64,000 nucleotides of DNA, from contig JAAILG010000524.1 in assembly GCA_012026655.1 (NCBI GenBank), forward strand, positions 1 through 64,000, given 5' to 3'. A model generated the notes under the pieces. That model did no database searches and had not been told where the DNA came from. It saw only the letters and a program-made list of their open reading frames with translations. This document shows positions 24,727 to 37,698 of this stretch, in pieces (positions within the stretch are counted from its first letter, which is position 1; each line of letters opens with the position of its first letter). The DNA is from Hydrolagus affinis. Lineage: Eukaryota. The position numbers and the translations under genes are program-made.

Positions 24727-25783
24727 AATCAATCAATCAATCAAAATTTACATTTATATCGTGCCTTTCACGTCGAGAGGACGTCCCAAGGCCCTGTACA
24801 GTTAGGTAGGGACAAGAGCAGGGGTGGGGGGGAGGGGTTGGGCAGGATGAAGAAGAGTAGGAAAATTGACTGTATATTTGTGGGCGAAACGCGGCAGCCA
24901 AATTGCGCACAGCTGTGTCCCACAAACAATCATGGAAGTGGGATTAAGGGAAATGAGGTGGAAAATATGTCAAGGGGAGGGATCGGGGCAGGCAGAAGGA
25001 GAGCAGGAAAGCTGACTGTATACTTGTGGGCGAAACGCGGCAGCCAAATAGCGCACAGCAGTGTCCCATAAACAGTCGCAGAAATGGGGCCAGGGGAAAA
25101 AATCAGGGAGAAAGGGAGGCAAGAGGGAAGAGGGAGAGAAAGGGAAAAGGGGGAAGAGAAAGTAGGGAAAGGGAGTGACGGGAGAAGAAGGAAGGCCAAG
25201 GGGCTGGGGGTGGGGGGGAAATCAAACAATAACAAAAATAAACAACAAAATCAACAACAAAAGCAATAATATTAACAATAAAAACAATAATAATCAACAA
25301 CTAGCAATAGTCCAGCAGTTGCTCCTTCTCCCCGCCGCCCCCCCGGACCATCTTCAAAACGACGGGAAACAGGGCCCAGTGTGGCCTCAGGCCCAAAAGC
25401 CGACCGGCTCCTCAGCTGGTGTCCCGGTGACTTGGTGACGGCCCTGGTACCTCGGACACGGCGTCTCCGGCCGGTTCACTCAGCAGCAGCAGCCGCAGCT
25501 CAATCGCCATCCGGATCTCCCGTGATCCGAGATGATCCTTGGCTTGCAGCACCAGACCGGGTGAAATGCCTCACGGGGGAACCACCCGAAGATCTCGCTG
25601 TCGAGCGTGTTCACCTCGCCCACCGCCGCCGCCGATGACGAAAGTCCGTGTTCAGGCAGACCTGCCCCAGCTCCTCGCAGACGTGTGGTGTGTAGCTCTG
25701 CATCCTGTATCTTGTATAAGATGGCCCAAGTCTCAGTAGCGGTTTCGGTGGCGGTTTCGCCTAAACCTCCTCCGCCGCCGGAG
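24727..25783 (-). mobile_element. Non-autonomous composite L2-dependent retroelement (CpG-rich head, two SINE cores, L2 tail)
   Basis: L2 tail with (GATT)n at 24727-24801; SINE-core copies at ~24864-24936 and ~25009-25082; low-complexity linker; GC/CpG-rich head 25301-25783; no RT-like ORF. Confidence 0.65.
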
Positions 25784-26208
25784 ATAATTATCCTAATTAT
25801 CAATTATTTTAAGGACCACGGTATTTCAAAAAAGTTGTTTCTGAAAGACTTTATAGAGGCATGGCAATCAAAGATATCCAATTAAAAAAAGTAGACATCT
25901 GGTTCTAGGCATTTTACTGAGTTTCTAAAGTATCCTGCTTTACTGCATCTAAAGATTTTATTTGCATTAAATGCAAAATACAAGCTGTGAAGTATAGAAC
26001 ATTTTCTGTACTTCTAACAGCCTTAAACATACGTCTGGTGTTAAGTGGACCAGGAAACTCATCGTGGTCTGATCTAACCTCCATGTGCACTACACATGTG
26101 GGGGAAGATAGAGTACAGTACATCTAAAATACACCTATTAGAATCATTACTTCATAACTATACTTTTTTGGACAGTTAGATTTTTTTAATTCCAATTTCC
26201 CACATTAA

Positions 26209-26290
26209 TACAGTCAACTCTCGCCTCAATGTGGAATCCCTGACTCTCGATATATCATATTGAAATGTGCAGGACCCAATAAATGTCCCC
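26209..26290 (+). mobile_element. Possible Tc1/mariner-pogo (Tigger-like) terminal fragment
   Basis: TA followed by CAGTCAACTCTCG, resembling a Tigger-type TIR start; no matching right end seen. Confidence 0.3.
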
Positions 26291-28649
26291 TCACCCCTTC
26301 GCACCATGCCTTCCCCCCTCCACCCCCACCCCACATGTAGCTTCTGTTGTATAATGTCATATAAAGATTACTTTATCTTTGAGTTCTGCCACCGTGGGCT
26401 GTTCTTCCAACATTAAATTGTGTATCTATAATTGGCAGCCACTGTCTAGTCTTACACTCTGTCCCCTGATTAAAAAAGAGATTTTCACCATCTTTCTCCT
26501 CTCCTGACTATACTGCCGTGTAAAGAGACCATACCAACTTCCAGCACAGCCACAATGCAGGACAGGGATCTAGATCTCATAGGTTTTAATCACCCACGTT
26601 TATCTGCCTCTTGAGTTTGCTTTACTGGAGTTTATGTGCTCAATCAGCATAACATCGCTCTACCAAGGTCGACTAAATCGTCACAGCATCTTCTGGGTCG
26701 TGCTCTCACTTTCTAAAACACCTTCCCGTATATTACCTAATCTCTAAAACAGTCCTGATCACAGCAAATTGTGCTTGAGCAACATCAGCAACTCCGAGCC
26801 ACCCATTAGAAACTGCCGCACTTTCCTGTTAAGTGAAAAAAAGCATTATGGCCTTGAGTCTTTATTCTTTAAAATGTAGAATTTTTGATGCAGTTATAAC
26901 AGCGAGCAAAGAATTGTGGTCCTGACCTTTTAGCTAGTGTGTAAAGCACAAAATCCTGACTGTCACCTTGTGTTTTTTAAGCTGCAACGTCATCTCAACA
27001 AGCAATTTTAACCCATTTCATTCATTTGATTTTTTTTTAATCCCTCCTCATTCTATTTTAAATTTTCCACAATTTATTCCCATCCACCAAGGGCAGCCTG
27101 GAATCCCAAATAGCCACCGTTGAGGGAGAATGGGTGTCCGTCAGCAAGACTCATGGGAAATCCGGTTGGCAGCAATGGAAGGCATCATTGCATCACCTGT
27201 CCAGCTGTGGAGGAGACAACAGTAGCAGATCGCAACTCTCGTTCTAAATTGCCACAAATGAGAGCGCTTTTTTTTTAATCACCAGAATTGGAGTTGGATG
27301 GCCTCCAAATCAAGCGCTTGTCTGAACCAGCGCTGCGAGACAAGGGGCAGGCAGCTCACTGGAGACGAGATGGACAGTTCCGTTGTGGTCCAGTAACCCA
27401 CTCACATAATTGACGCTGAAGGGAGTTGTAGGAAAGTCGAATTGGCAATTGGCGTAACACCACCGCTTCTGTAATACCATCCAAGCCTCCTATGACCCTC
27501 ATTAAGGCTCAAAAGGGTCTTTAGGGGGAAAATGAGTGAATTAGCTGGGTCGTACAATGGTGCTGTGTTATTACAGCTGTTTACTGTAATGAATGCATTT
27601 GCTAGACGTACAGGTGATACAAAAACAGCTCCAGCTTTGTGACAACTTAGGCAGTTTAAGGCTGGCAGAGAAAAGCGGGAGAGGATTTTGCTTTGTGAAG
27701 CAGACTCAGGCTCCTGGATATCTGGCCCATCTGTGGGCTTTATAATAAGACGCGACAGCTTGAAGCTAAAGATTTGCAATTTTTTTTTTTTTTTTTGCCT
27801 ATTCTGCTGCTGAATCTGCGGGATTCATTTCCCAACAAAAGCACAAACCTCGGATCAATTCAAAATTGATTAAAATGTTTGCGTTGGTTTTTTTTGTGTG
27901 CGTTTGTGTGTGTGTGTATGATGATAAGCTTTGTATGAGATCCTGTGATACAGAGTTGCACTTCTGGCTAAATCCTATCAACACTAAATGTCCAATGAAG
28001 CTACTTCATTCAACAGCTATATACAGCATACAACATATTGTTGTATATACTATATACAGTACAATGTGTTGTTGTCACACAAGTGGCATACTGTTAAAGC
28101 CACATGCAACATTCTGTTCAATATTAAACGTATACAAACATTCTTCAGTATAGCACATGAACTTAACACTGTGAACACCCTGTAATCTCGGTTTTGTTCC
28201 TGGCTCTCGTCTGCCTTGTCTAGTTTGATTTAAACAAGGCCGACTGTCACTATCTGGTTATTTATCGGTTCACACCGCTCTCAGATAGGTCAATCAGATG
28301 ATAAGCAGCAGCAAACAGGAATGGGCTGACTTTGGAAAAGTCCATTATAATTTAAAAACTTATTCCCAGTGACGGTGAACTCATGGCCCTACAATCAAAT
28401 AACTCAATCAGATAAAGTAAATCCCATGCTGTTACGCAAGGACCTGACTGCATCAACTCTAATTGGAGTGGGGAGGGGTTGGTGGTGTGCTCAAGAAATG
28501 CCGCGATATTACTTATGCTGCCCTTTCACTGGGAGGCCAGACAGCACAGACAGACATTGATACTGTACCTCCTGCTCCACGTCACTTCGAATTGGGGCCA
28601 AAGAAAGGCAAACACCTGACCCACCTTTGAAATTCAAATTCAAATCAGA

Positions 28650-28752
28650 ATTTGATTGCCTACGCAAAACGCAAGTGACTGCACTTTACAATAAATCCTG
28701 TGAAGCACTTTGAGACACCCTCCCATTGCAAATGCAAGGATATTATTATAAT
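28650..28752 (+). mobile_element. SINE 3' tail
   Basis: cactttacaataaatcctgtgaagcactttgagacac...caaatgcaaggatattatt. Confidence 0.75.
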
Positions 28753-29544
28753 AAAATGTAAGTCATTCAGCCTGATCCCCAATTTATTTGTTCATGCCAT
28801 TTATTATCTAATCCCATTCCCTCAACTTCTTTCCATATCCAAGCAAATCCTACATATTATTAGAGGCAATGAAAAAACATGAGATGTGTGAGCGGTCTTG
28901 CCAGCGTTCTACTTAGTCAAATATTCACTTCACCATTCTAAGTGTGATTCTCTTCTTGAAGAGAAACATGAATGTTGAATGAATTGGCTGGAGTCAACAC
29001 ATTTGTAGGGTTAACAATATTCGATGTGATGACTGGAGTGTTTTTGCTGCAGATTTTGAGACCTGTTTGTGGTACCTTTACTTTATCCCGATTTAATCCC
29101 TCAATGCCTGATTTATATGCATCTTGAATTACTTAGGAGAACAGAACACAGAGTTGGCAGAAATCCACCAGGGCTGTTAGCAGAACCAAACTTGTCTCCC
29201 ATCTGCTCATTTCAGTCATATCAACGACTGGAATTAGTCCACAGCAGGTCCATCCAGCCGTAGCCTCAGGCCAGTTTGTAAAATGTAGTTACTGAGAAAT
29301 AATATTCTTGCTGAATAACAAACCAATAATTGGGAATACTTTTTAAAAAAATATTATGTGCCTTCTAAAGGCTAGACTCAGGCAGTTCTAAATGGAATCA
29401 CACAGAACTGGTGTACTTGGCTCTAGTACACAGCTTTTGGTCTGATCGCTGGCCCTTTCATTAGAAATCAAATCAATTTGTTTGCCTACTAGCTACGCAC
29501 ACTTTGACAGGACAAAAACATGTCCAAAAGGTTCAGTGATGCCA

Positions 29545-29745
29545 AACACAGGTCCAGGCCAACAATCTCCAGATAACATTGGTCACTCACTTCATTTCAT
29601 GGTTGTTTGTAGGACATTGCTGTGTGTAAATTGGTTACCATAGTACACCCACATTAAGAAATCACTTTTCAGTAAAATTCTGATAAAAACGCTTTGAGAC
29701 ATTTCAACCATGTGACAAGGAGTTATCCCAAACGAAAGGATAATT
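29545..29745 (+). mobile_element. DeuSINE 3' half, old
   Basis: gtccaggccaacaatctccagataacattggtcactc...tgtttgtaggacattgctgtgtgtaaattgg...gctttgagac. Confidence 0.7.
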
Positions 29746-30817
29746 TCAGACCTTTCTACCATCAGAGCTTGTCTGTTTTACTTCCGGTAGAGCACAAGTG
29801 CATAAAATTCGAAGATCTTGTTGCTCTGTTTGTGGGACAGATTTACAGTATTGTCCTTTGGTGAAGTAGTTAAGACTGAAGATTAAACCTGTTTAAAACC
29901 AACTCTGATAATAACCTATAATTACAGGAATCTGCTACAGTTTTACTGATCTTGAAGGCCACCCATTTGTCACAGTCATTTTGGTTCGAAGAGTTCAGCC
30001 AAGGATCTGTCAAATGATGCAACTGAAAGCTCTCTGCTGGTTGAAGCTGGTCGGCAGCTGAATGCACAAACAGTTTCGATCTAACAGCATCAATTTCTAA
30101 TGTTGAAGGATTATCATGTTTCTGATGTGTAAAATTATCCTTAATTAGCAGATAAATTCAGGGCAACTGCACTAGCCTTTCATTCTTCATTGAGACGTTG
30201 CTCCTCAGCTCACTTTGTCGTTTTAATAACAATGGCATTTAAAGGCAAGAGAATGCAGTGCAGTAATTTAAAACGTGCTTCCTCAAACTATTTTCGCCCC
30301 GATAAGTAATTACATTCAGTTGTAATTGGCAAGGAATGTTGATTCATTTGCGAAACCATCAATCAAATGAATTCTCGAAATATGATCTGGAGTAGAGATA
30401 GGCAGGCAGAGTGATTATCTAATTCAAGGCTGATATAAAAGTGTTCCACATCCATTACGCAGATTTGTTCACTGGAACTCGTTTACTGGAACTTGTCTCA
30501 CATCCACACAGATGATAAACATGAATTGTAATATAACCAGTTCAAACTACAGCTTCAACTGCAAAATAAATGAATGGCACATTGAAAATAGAAGCGGCTC
30601 TTCCTTGACCCTTCGTTGCTGGATGATGGAATGTGCTTTTATACATGCTCATCACTCTCCCCCAGCGAGATAGCAAAACGAAGAGTGATTTTGGAAATCT
30701 GGCCCCTGATCTTTCATTATTCCATCTGTTTATTTGCAAAATGAAAGTATCCTCTGCATAGTGTGGACCACACATTTGGGAAGTATAGCAATATGTGACA
30801 ACGCCTTGGGATGTCTT

Positions 30818-30870
30818 CCTGACGTGAAAGGCGCTATGAAAGTGTAATTTGTTGTGGTTGTTGTTGTTAT
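30818..30870 (+). mobile_element. Isolated L2 3' tail
   Basis: cgccttgggatgtcttcctgacgtgaaaggcgctatgaaagtgtaatttgttgtggttgttgttg. Confidence 0.85.
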
Positions 30871-31029
30871 CTTCTACCACAACCTCACTGTTCCAGGGAG
30901 CCATCTGCAGATAGTCCAAAGCCTCTACTGCTACACAGGGGTAATCACCAAATCCTGGCCACAATGCCTGAGGTCAGAACATTTGAGAGATAGTCTGATG
31001 TTACAATAGGAGACTGCAGGATTAGTACT

Positions 31030-31152
31030 TATAACATTCCTTGAGTTTGATACAGCGCTTCATCTCATCTTCTAGACACCTTAAAGCGCTTCACGGAATA
31101 TATTGTAAAGTGAATTGATTAAATATTTTGTGGGCGGCCACAAATTACGCAC
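31030..31152 (-). mobile_element. SINE 3' part
   Basis: tttgatacagcgcttc...tcttctagacaccttaaagcgcttcacggaatatattgtaaagtgaattg. Confidence 0.85.
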
Positions 31153-31235
31153 AATCCAGAGGAATAATTTCAAATAGGTCAAAGTTCTTTGTTTATCAAA
31201 ACTCTAGTGGCTATTTCTGTGTAGCTGATGTGCAT

Positions 31236-31261
31236 TATATATATATATATATATATATATA
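31236..31261. repeat. (TA)n microsatellite
   Basis: Directly visible. Confidence 0.9.
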
Positions 31262-32709
31262 GTATATGGATACACACACACTCATTCACTCACACATATA
31301 ATTTTAAGTTCCAGTAATTATTAAAAAGCAAAGGAGAGCTCTCCAGAAGAAATGTCCAGCTTGTCCAATCCTGATTTTTTCCCCGTCACAAAATTATAAC
31401 ACACAAACACACATACAAATACATAGTTCACGCATACAAATACATAGTTATACAGGTAGATTTATGTCCTCTGCTCAAACCACAATCTCAGGATAAATGA
31501 CGGTGGTTTAAAGGGTCAAACAAGTAAAACAGACTATCTTGATATGCACTGTCCCTGCCCCACCTAAAGCACCTATTAAATATTCTAAAGTTGATCTCAG
31601 TTGCATTCCCAGCAGATTAATGCACCCATCAAACACTTCTTATCCAGGACAGCGTGGATTGTGAATGAAATTCATCAACCAAGGGTTAAGGTCAAACGTA
31701 CTGTTGTCATCAGTCAGAGGTATCACCGCAGCTCCATCTCAAACGTCTGGGAGAGTAAATAATACAAAAGCGACTAAGGTAAGGCGTCCTGGAAGTAGCT
31801 CTGGTAAGCAGCCTGCGGACAGTTGGTGATTTGCTCATCGTCACTCGCTGCCTGCTCGCTCCTACATTTATAATGCTTCAGATTATGAAAAGAAACTTCA
31901 TCCCTATTAAAAACACATACCTAGTTCTGCACTTGCGCATTCCACCACACCTAAGATCCCAGGGAAAACCAGCAAAAGGTTTAAAAATCCTACGTTAATC
32001 CTTGTTGCTACTCTGGGCTGCCACCAAGAGAAAGTCGTGAGCAGCCACATTGATCAGGGAACCAGGAACTTAGCTAACCACCGTAGTCTGACAAGTCTGA
32101 CTGAAAGACAGTGAAATTTCCAGCTGAAGATGAAACCTGCAGCAGGAACACTGAAGGCGGTTGTTAGCTCCATAGCAATGGGCAAGAAGAAGCTAACTAC
32201 AGGACCGAGTGTGGGTATCAAACCTTCTAAACAGTCAGCGTGTGTATCAATCATCATTTACTTGCCTAATTTACATGAACATGACCTGTAGGATTTTTTT
32301 TTTTATCAAGGAAGTACAACCAGCAGAATTGATAAACTCATCACACACAGAAAAATGACAGGCTAGTTCTCCTCTCTGTCGCAGACGGGAGGTTGTGTTC
32401 ACATTAAAAATGGGCGTCTGGGTTGACGGGATGTCTTCGCTGAACGATCCCGTCTCAGCACTCCATTCACGCTGAACACATTTGTCCCTTTAGTCCCACC
32501 TTCCATTGTTTTACAATGGAACCAACCCGGTCATCAACACTTTAACATGGCACTTTAAGAAGACTGTTAATCTGAAAAGCCTTCGAAAAGGCAAGCCAGT
32601 CCGTGACGCTGCACATTACACTCGTCAATGTGGTTAAAAGATACTAGTGGGGGCGCACTATTAGCCAACAGTGGAATATTGGGCATTATTATTCATTATT
32701 ATCGGGCAT

Positions 32710-33008
32710 GAGTCCTGTAGCTCAGCGTTTAGAGAACTCGCTTTACAGGCGAGAGACCTGGGTTCAATTCCAGGCAGGGCAAAACCTTGAGCAAGTGTCC
32801 TTACTCAACACGCCTGATAATAATAATCCCTCAAAAATAAACAATAATAAATTGGTCATTTTCAATCCATGACTGTTTGTGGTGACACCGCTGTGCACAA
32901 TTGACTGCCGCGTTTCGCTCACATATATAGTCAATTCACTTTACAGCTCTGTGAAGCACTTTGAGATGTCTAGAAGATGTGAAAAGCACTATATCAAATG
33001 CAAGGATT
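32710..33008 (+). mobile_element. tRNA-derived SINE, young family, full length
   Basis: gagtcctgtagctcagcgtttagag...ggttcaattccaggcagggc, body, ...atcaaatgcaaggatt. Confidence 0.93.
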
Positions 33009-34414
33009 CAGCACTCTTTAGTAGGCCCACATAACACATGTCCATCAGTACAGCAAAAGTGAGTCAGAGTGGGAAATACAAGGTCCCATTCCCAATTGAT
33101 CTGCCACTAGAAGCCATGACAACTCAATGCAATACCAAATTATGTTTGTATGGCTCCTTTCATGTCTGGAGGACGTCCCAAGGAGCTGGGACTCAAACCA
33201 ACAATGCAAGTCTGGTTCAATGTGGGTTTAACAAACACCAGAATTGAGGTGAAAATATATTCTGATGTCTCCATGAGCAAAGTTACACTCTCACACACAC
33301 ACACACAGATAGCATATTAGAAAATATTAAGGAGGAATGAAGAAAATATAATGTGTTACAAAGCAAGATGAGAGCAGATGGGAGATTATCACCCATCAAA
33401 TGAGTACCGTACAAGGTCCCCTTGGGGCCAACTAACTCTCAAACCTGTGGAAAACTTCACGCGTTTTGTCACAGCTGCCGAAAAAACAATTCAGGAAAAC
33501 GGGTGAGCCAATGGCTTAAAATTGACTACTCACAGAACAAGGTCTTCAAATGATGGGCAATTAATAAGGCTAGGCTGCCAAAAAGAAAAGTGGATATAAC
33601 ACTTTAGTGGTCATGACTCCGGAAATATACTGCTAACATAATAATTCTTCCAGACTTTCAGATCACTTATTTCCCTCACCGACAAAAACACAGTGGCCGT
33701 ACTTCACAGGTAAACAAAACTCCAGTGTAGCGCTTCTAAGATCTGTCGACCGCGTTTTAAGGTGCTAAACAAATGGACGGGGTGTGAAGAGTCGTGCTCT
33801 GTGCTTCTGCAACGTAAAGCCGACTGCGAGACGTTGAAAGGCGGGAGAATTCGGCAGCCACGAACACAGGGCGCACGGCAGATCTATGACTCTGTTCCTT
33901 TGTATGTGGCGTTGCAAAAGGACAGTGTGTACGGGTCTCTTGCATTCAATTGGCAATGAGCTGATTTTAATCAGAAGCATGGAAACACACCACAATGGGA
34001 TCTCTAGTTCCCATTACATGGTATTAATGCTCAAAATGAAGCGCAATTCCTTTATTATTTACCAGCTGCTACTTTGTTAGCAGAGAAGCATGCTCGGAGA
34101 AAAAGCCCAGGTGGATGGGGAGTTGGTCCTGTGTGTGGGGGAGCCCCTGTGTATTGGAGCTCCAGCTGTGTGGCTGCCACCTGCAGCAATGTTCTCTGAG
34201 CTGGTGCCAATCCAGCGAGTTACTGAAGCTTCGGGACAGTGTGGGAATTCTAGCCCATCTGCTGTGCATTCTTCAGGAGGAGATAAACAAAATATTTACT
34301 GCCAACGCAACGCTTCGCGTTCATTGTGAAGCCGCATCTCAATTATTTATTTGAGCCAGAAAGAGAATAAACCCGCCAGCCAGTCGATCCGAAATCAACC
34401 CTCACCTCACCTCC

Positions 34415-34585
34415 ACGTGCAATGGAAATTGGTCATCCCATGTAATTGCCTGACTAATTTTGCCCGCGAGATATGCAGTCAGTTCATTGTACAATTCACT
34501 GTACAAGTGCTTTGAGACATCTCAAAGACATAATAAGGTGGATATTTTATATTGAAATCAAGGAATATTAATAATTATTATTATT
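34415..34585 (+). mobile_element. Degenerate SINE 3' part
   Basis: tttgcccgcgagatatgcagtc...agtgctttgagacatctcaaagacataataagg...aaggaatatt. Confidence 0.65.
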
Positions 34586-35604
34586 CTAATCATACTCGGA
34601 CCAGGATGCTTTGGATGATCAACTTTATTTCCGAGGGCAAAAGTGGACTCAAGAAATGCTATGGTCCCGATAAAGTATCATCTCGATACCTTATCACAAG
34701 CTCATTCGGGAACCATACATCAGCCAGCGAGAATGGGCAGAAATGGTTCTCACAGTGCATAAAATGTTTGGTAGATAAAAATAAATCCCATGCTTTTACA
34801 GAGGCAGCATCACTTACAGCGCCACTGTAGCACAGCATTTCCTGTGCTATAGAAACAATTGAATAGCACTGAGAAGTCACTCGGAATTGATGTCAGCATT
34901 GCTTCCATTATTCATTGGCAGGCAGTGTTACCAAAGCATCATATCACATTAAATGATTTATCTTAGTCCATTAAATCCCTTTCTGAAATTACTGTTCCAC
35001 TTACTGGTTCATAATAACTGCTAAGATAGAAAAAGAAAAGCACCTCTGAATTACTGAAGCCTTTGCTGTGCTGACCCAGCGTGTCCTATATCAGGAAAAA
35101 CACATTTCAAAGTACCCTTCTTCAAAGTGATACTTATTTTTTAATTAACATTAAAGGAGACCATTCAAAATCTTCGGTCGGGTTGAAGTTGCTTAATGAA
35201 TTGCAAATACATTTGTGGAAGAGTCAATTTATTCATAATGAAGGATCAAAACTCCAATTTGTTTTATTATTCACAATAATTGAATGAACATTAACTATTC
35301 TCTTAACTGGGGATTTGCAACACAGTCACTTTCAATCTACAAAGCAAATTGCTCACAGTAAAACCATTCAGCACCTTTATCTATTTAAGAGTAATCTGAT
35401 GAAATCTCCATCTTTTTTGTGTTCCAATCATTGCCTCTCAAAAGATTGTTCTTAATGGGGCAAGCTGGCAATTTTGTGCAATGCTGTATCCAAACATCGA
35501 GGTTTAAAACAATCATTGCATTTGAAGTTTTTATGCTGAAACAACAGCTAATTGCCTTATCAGCAGACACAATCTTGATGTGGCGATATCAACCAGTTTC
35601 ATAA

Positions 35605-35760
35605 ACATTTGGCTGCAAAGTTCACAATACACATATAAATTCTCTCCCACAAAATTCCAACCACAAGATATAGTCAGTTCGCTTTACAGTGTATTCTGTG
35701 AAGTACTTTGAGACACCTCGATGACGTGATAATACGCTATATAAAATGTAAAGATTCTCA
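35605..35760 (+). mobile_element. Degenerate SINE 3' part
   Basis: cagttcgctttacagtgtattctgtgaagtactttgagacacctcgatgacgtgataatacgctata. Confidence 0.7.
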
Positions 35761-36544
35761 TTAAACTATCGGTCATTTGTAATCTGTGGGAATGAGTTTA
35801 CAGTTTCCTATGGCAAAGAAAATAATTTTACCCCCAGGTTTTAAACCTTGCTGACAACTTGGCTTTCTTTCCAGTTCTGCTTGTATGGTTTAAAGAACTA
35901 ATCTCACCTCCAGGGGATTGGGATCAGATTCTGAGACAATTACAGGCTGGCAATCTGAATCGTACGTTGAAAGACCAGCTCACCCCAGACAAGTTACCAT
36001 CAAAAGACTTGTGCAGCAGATACTAAGCACCTTATTTGGTACAATCAATTACTATATACCTCTGGATGTCTTACGGTAGTGTCTCCTACAGGTTAAGGCC
36101 TGCATTTTGCTGTTGGACAAAACTTTTAACAGCCTCCGTTGATTTGTTTTAAACGATACAAACCAACTATTGTGAGTAAAACCAATCCTCCGGGGTTAAG
36201 TGGGTTAAAAAATACTGTTACACTTTGCAGTGATGTAGTGGTTTGGCTTTTTAATTACCCCATTAGTTGTGTTAATGTTTTATTAAGGGGCCAATTTACT
36301 TTACCTGGTGCTGTTCTTCATTATGAGAAAGTTACACGAATAGGAACAGTACATCATTGTGAACGTTATCTATAAATTATGTGACTCAGTAAACCATGCG
36401 GCTGCCTTCGTTGTGTTAATAAATTGAACTCGTTGTTAAAGCGATACCATTCCTCCATGAAACAAACACTGAAATCGCTGGGAACAACATTCCTCTATGG
36501 CTAGCCAGTCGCTTCTGTAAAGCTGATCACAGCTGTCGTTTCAA

Positions 36545-36813
36545 CAGGTCTCGAGCATGGTTTGTTTAGATGGACGTGAAAGATTCCTATGGCATTATTC
36601 AAAAAGACAAGGGCATTTCACCGGGCCAACAACCCCATAGAAAAGTGATCATTCGATTGGTCACGGTTTGCAGGACACTGCTTTGTTCAAATTGGTTGCT
36701 GCAATTGCCTATAAATGACACAGTTACTACACTCTGCAGTAAAATTCCTGTGAAACCTTTTGAGACATCCTCCAGTTGTGAAAGTTGCTGTATCAAATGC
36801 GAGGATAATTATT
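36545..36813 (+). mobile_element. DeuSINE 3' two-thirds
   Basis: agatggacgtgaaagattcctatggcattattcaaaaag...gcaggacactgctttgttcaaattgg...atcaaatgcgaggataatt. Confidence 0.75.
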
Positions 36814-37484
36814 AATAGCATCATTGCAAGCAATAACTATTACAGTACTTTTTTTCATTTTATTTTGGGGGAAAAATGTGATTTAAAGACCTTTATTTCT
36901 TTACAAATGGCTTGCATGAGGTGACTAACACTCTGCGTTAGGTCCCATGTTTATGACTTATTGATGTGGCTTCTACACGAAGGGTGTGATTATTTTTACG
37001 TAGCCCTCCCCCACCCTTTCACCAAAAGACACTGTATTAAAACAAAACCCACTTCTAATTAGCTCGTAAGGTAATATTTAAAGTAAAGTATTTAGGTAAC
37101 CTAATTGGTTTAGTAAAAGAAGTTTAGACCTCAAACAAGCTCCACGCGAAGCATTAGAATAGGATGACTGTGCAATTACTTTAAATTATTTGCAATTAAC
37201 TTTACCAGTAAAGCCCGAGGCTACAGCACCAAGATCAGCATATTATAGTAGAGCTGGGAAGAGCGAGCAAGATGTGCAATTATCATAAAATAGATGTAAT
37301 TAGCTTTACATCTACAACCTGGAGAGGTGCTGCCTCCAGGCTTCCTTTCGTCAGGGAACTGCTGAGCACAGGTGGTGGAACAGTCAAAATTTGCAGACAC
37401 AGTCAAAGCTAGCTACATTTTCTGGCTCCACACACCTACCTCTGTTTACCAAACCAGTTTGGAGTCGATTGGCTTTTCCAAGGG

Positions 37485-37698
37485 TTATCAATCCCTTCAA
37501 AAGTAAATCCGTAAAATAATTTGAGCACTCAATCCATGACCGTTTGCGGGACACGGCCACACACAATTCGCTGCCGTGTTTTGCCCACACATTAAACAGT
37601 CAATTCGGTTTACAGTCTATTCTGTGAAGCACATGGAGCATGTTGCGTGCGATAAGGCGCTATATCAAATGCAAGGATTATTATTATTATTACTATTA
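37485..37698 (+). mobile_element. SINE 3' half
   Basis: caatccatgaccgtttgcgggacac...ctgtgaagc...gcgctatatcaaatgcaaggattattattatt. Confidence 0.85.

Noticed and set aside
25725-25783. Hammerhead or HDV-like ribozyme at the element's 5' end (two CGAAAC motifs on the minus strand)
   Set aside because: No CUGANGA core (only CUGAGAC), and I could not build an HDV double pseudoknot by eye.
25381-25885. Overlapping GC-rich ORFs or a CpG-island promoter of a host gene
   Set aside because: Translations are low-complexity with no RT or ORF1-like motifs; the GC block is sharply bounded and co-linear with a retroposon tail. A host promoter is not fully excluded.
37270-37340. Tandem hairpins (tagatgtaa/ttacatcta and cctggag/ctccagg) as a miRNA or structured RNA
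   Set aside because: Stems are too short for a pre-miRNA and I recognise no mature miRNA sequence.
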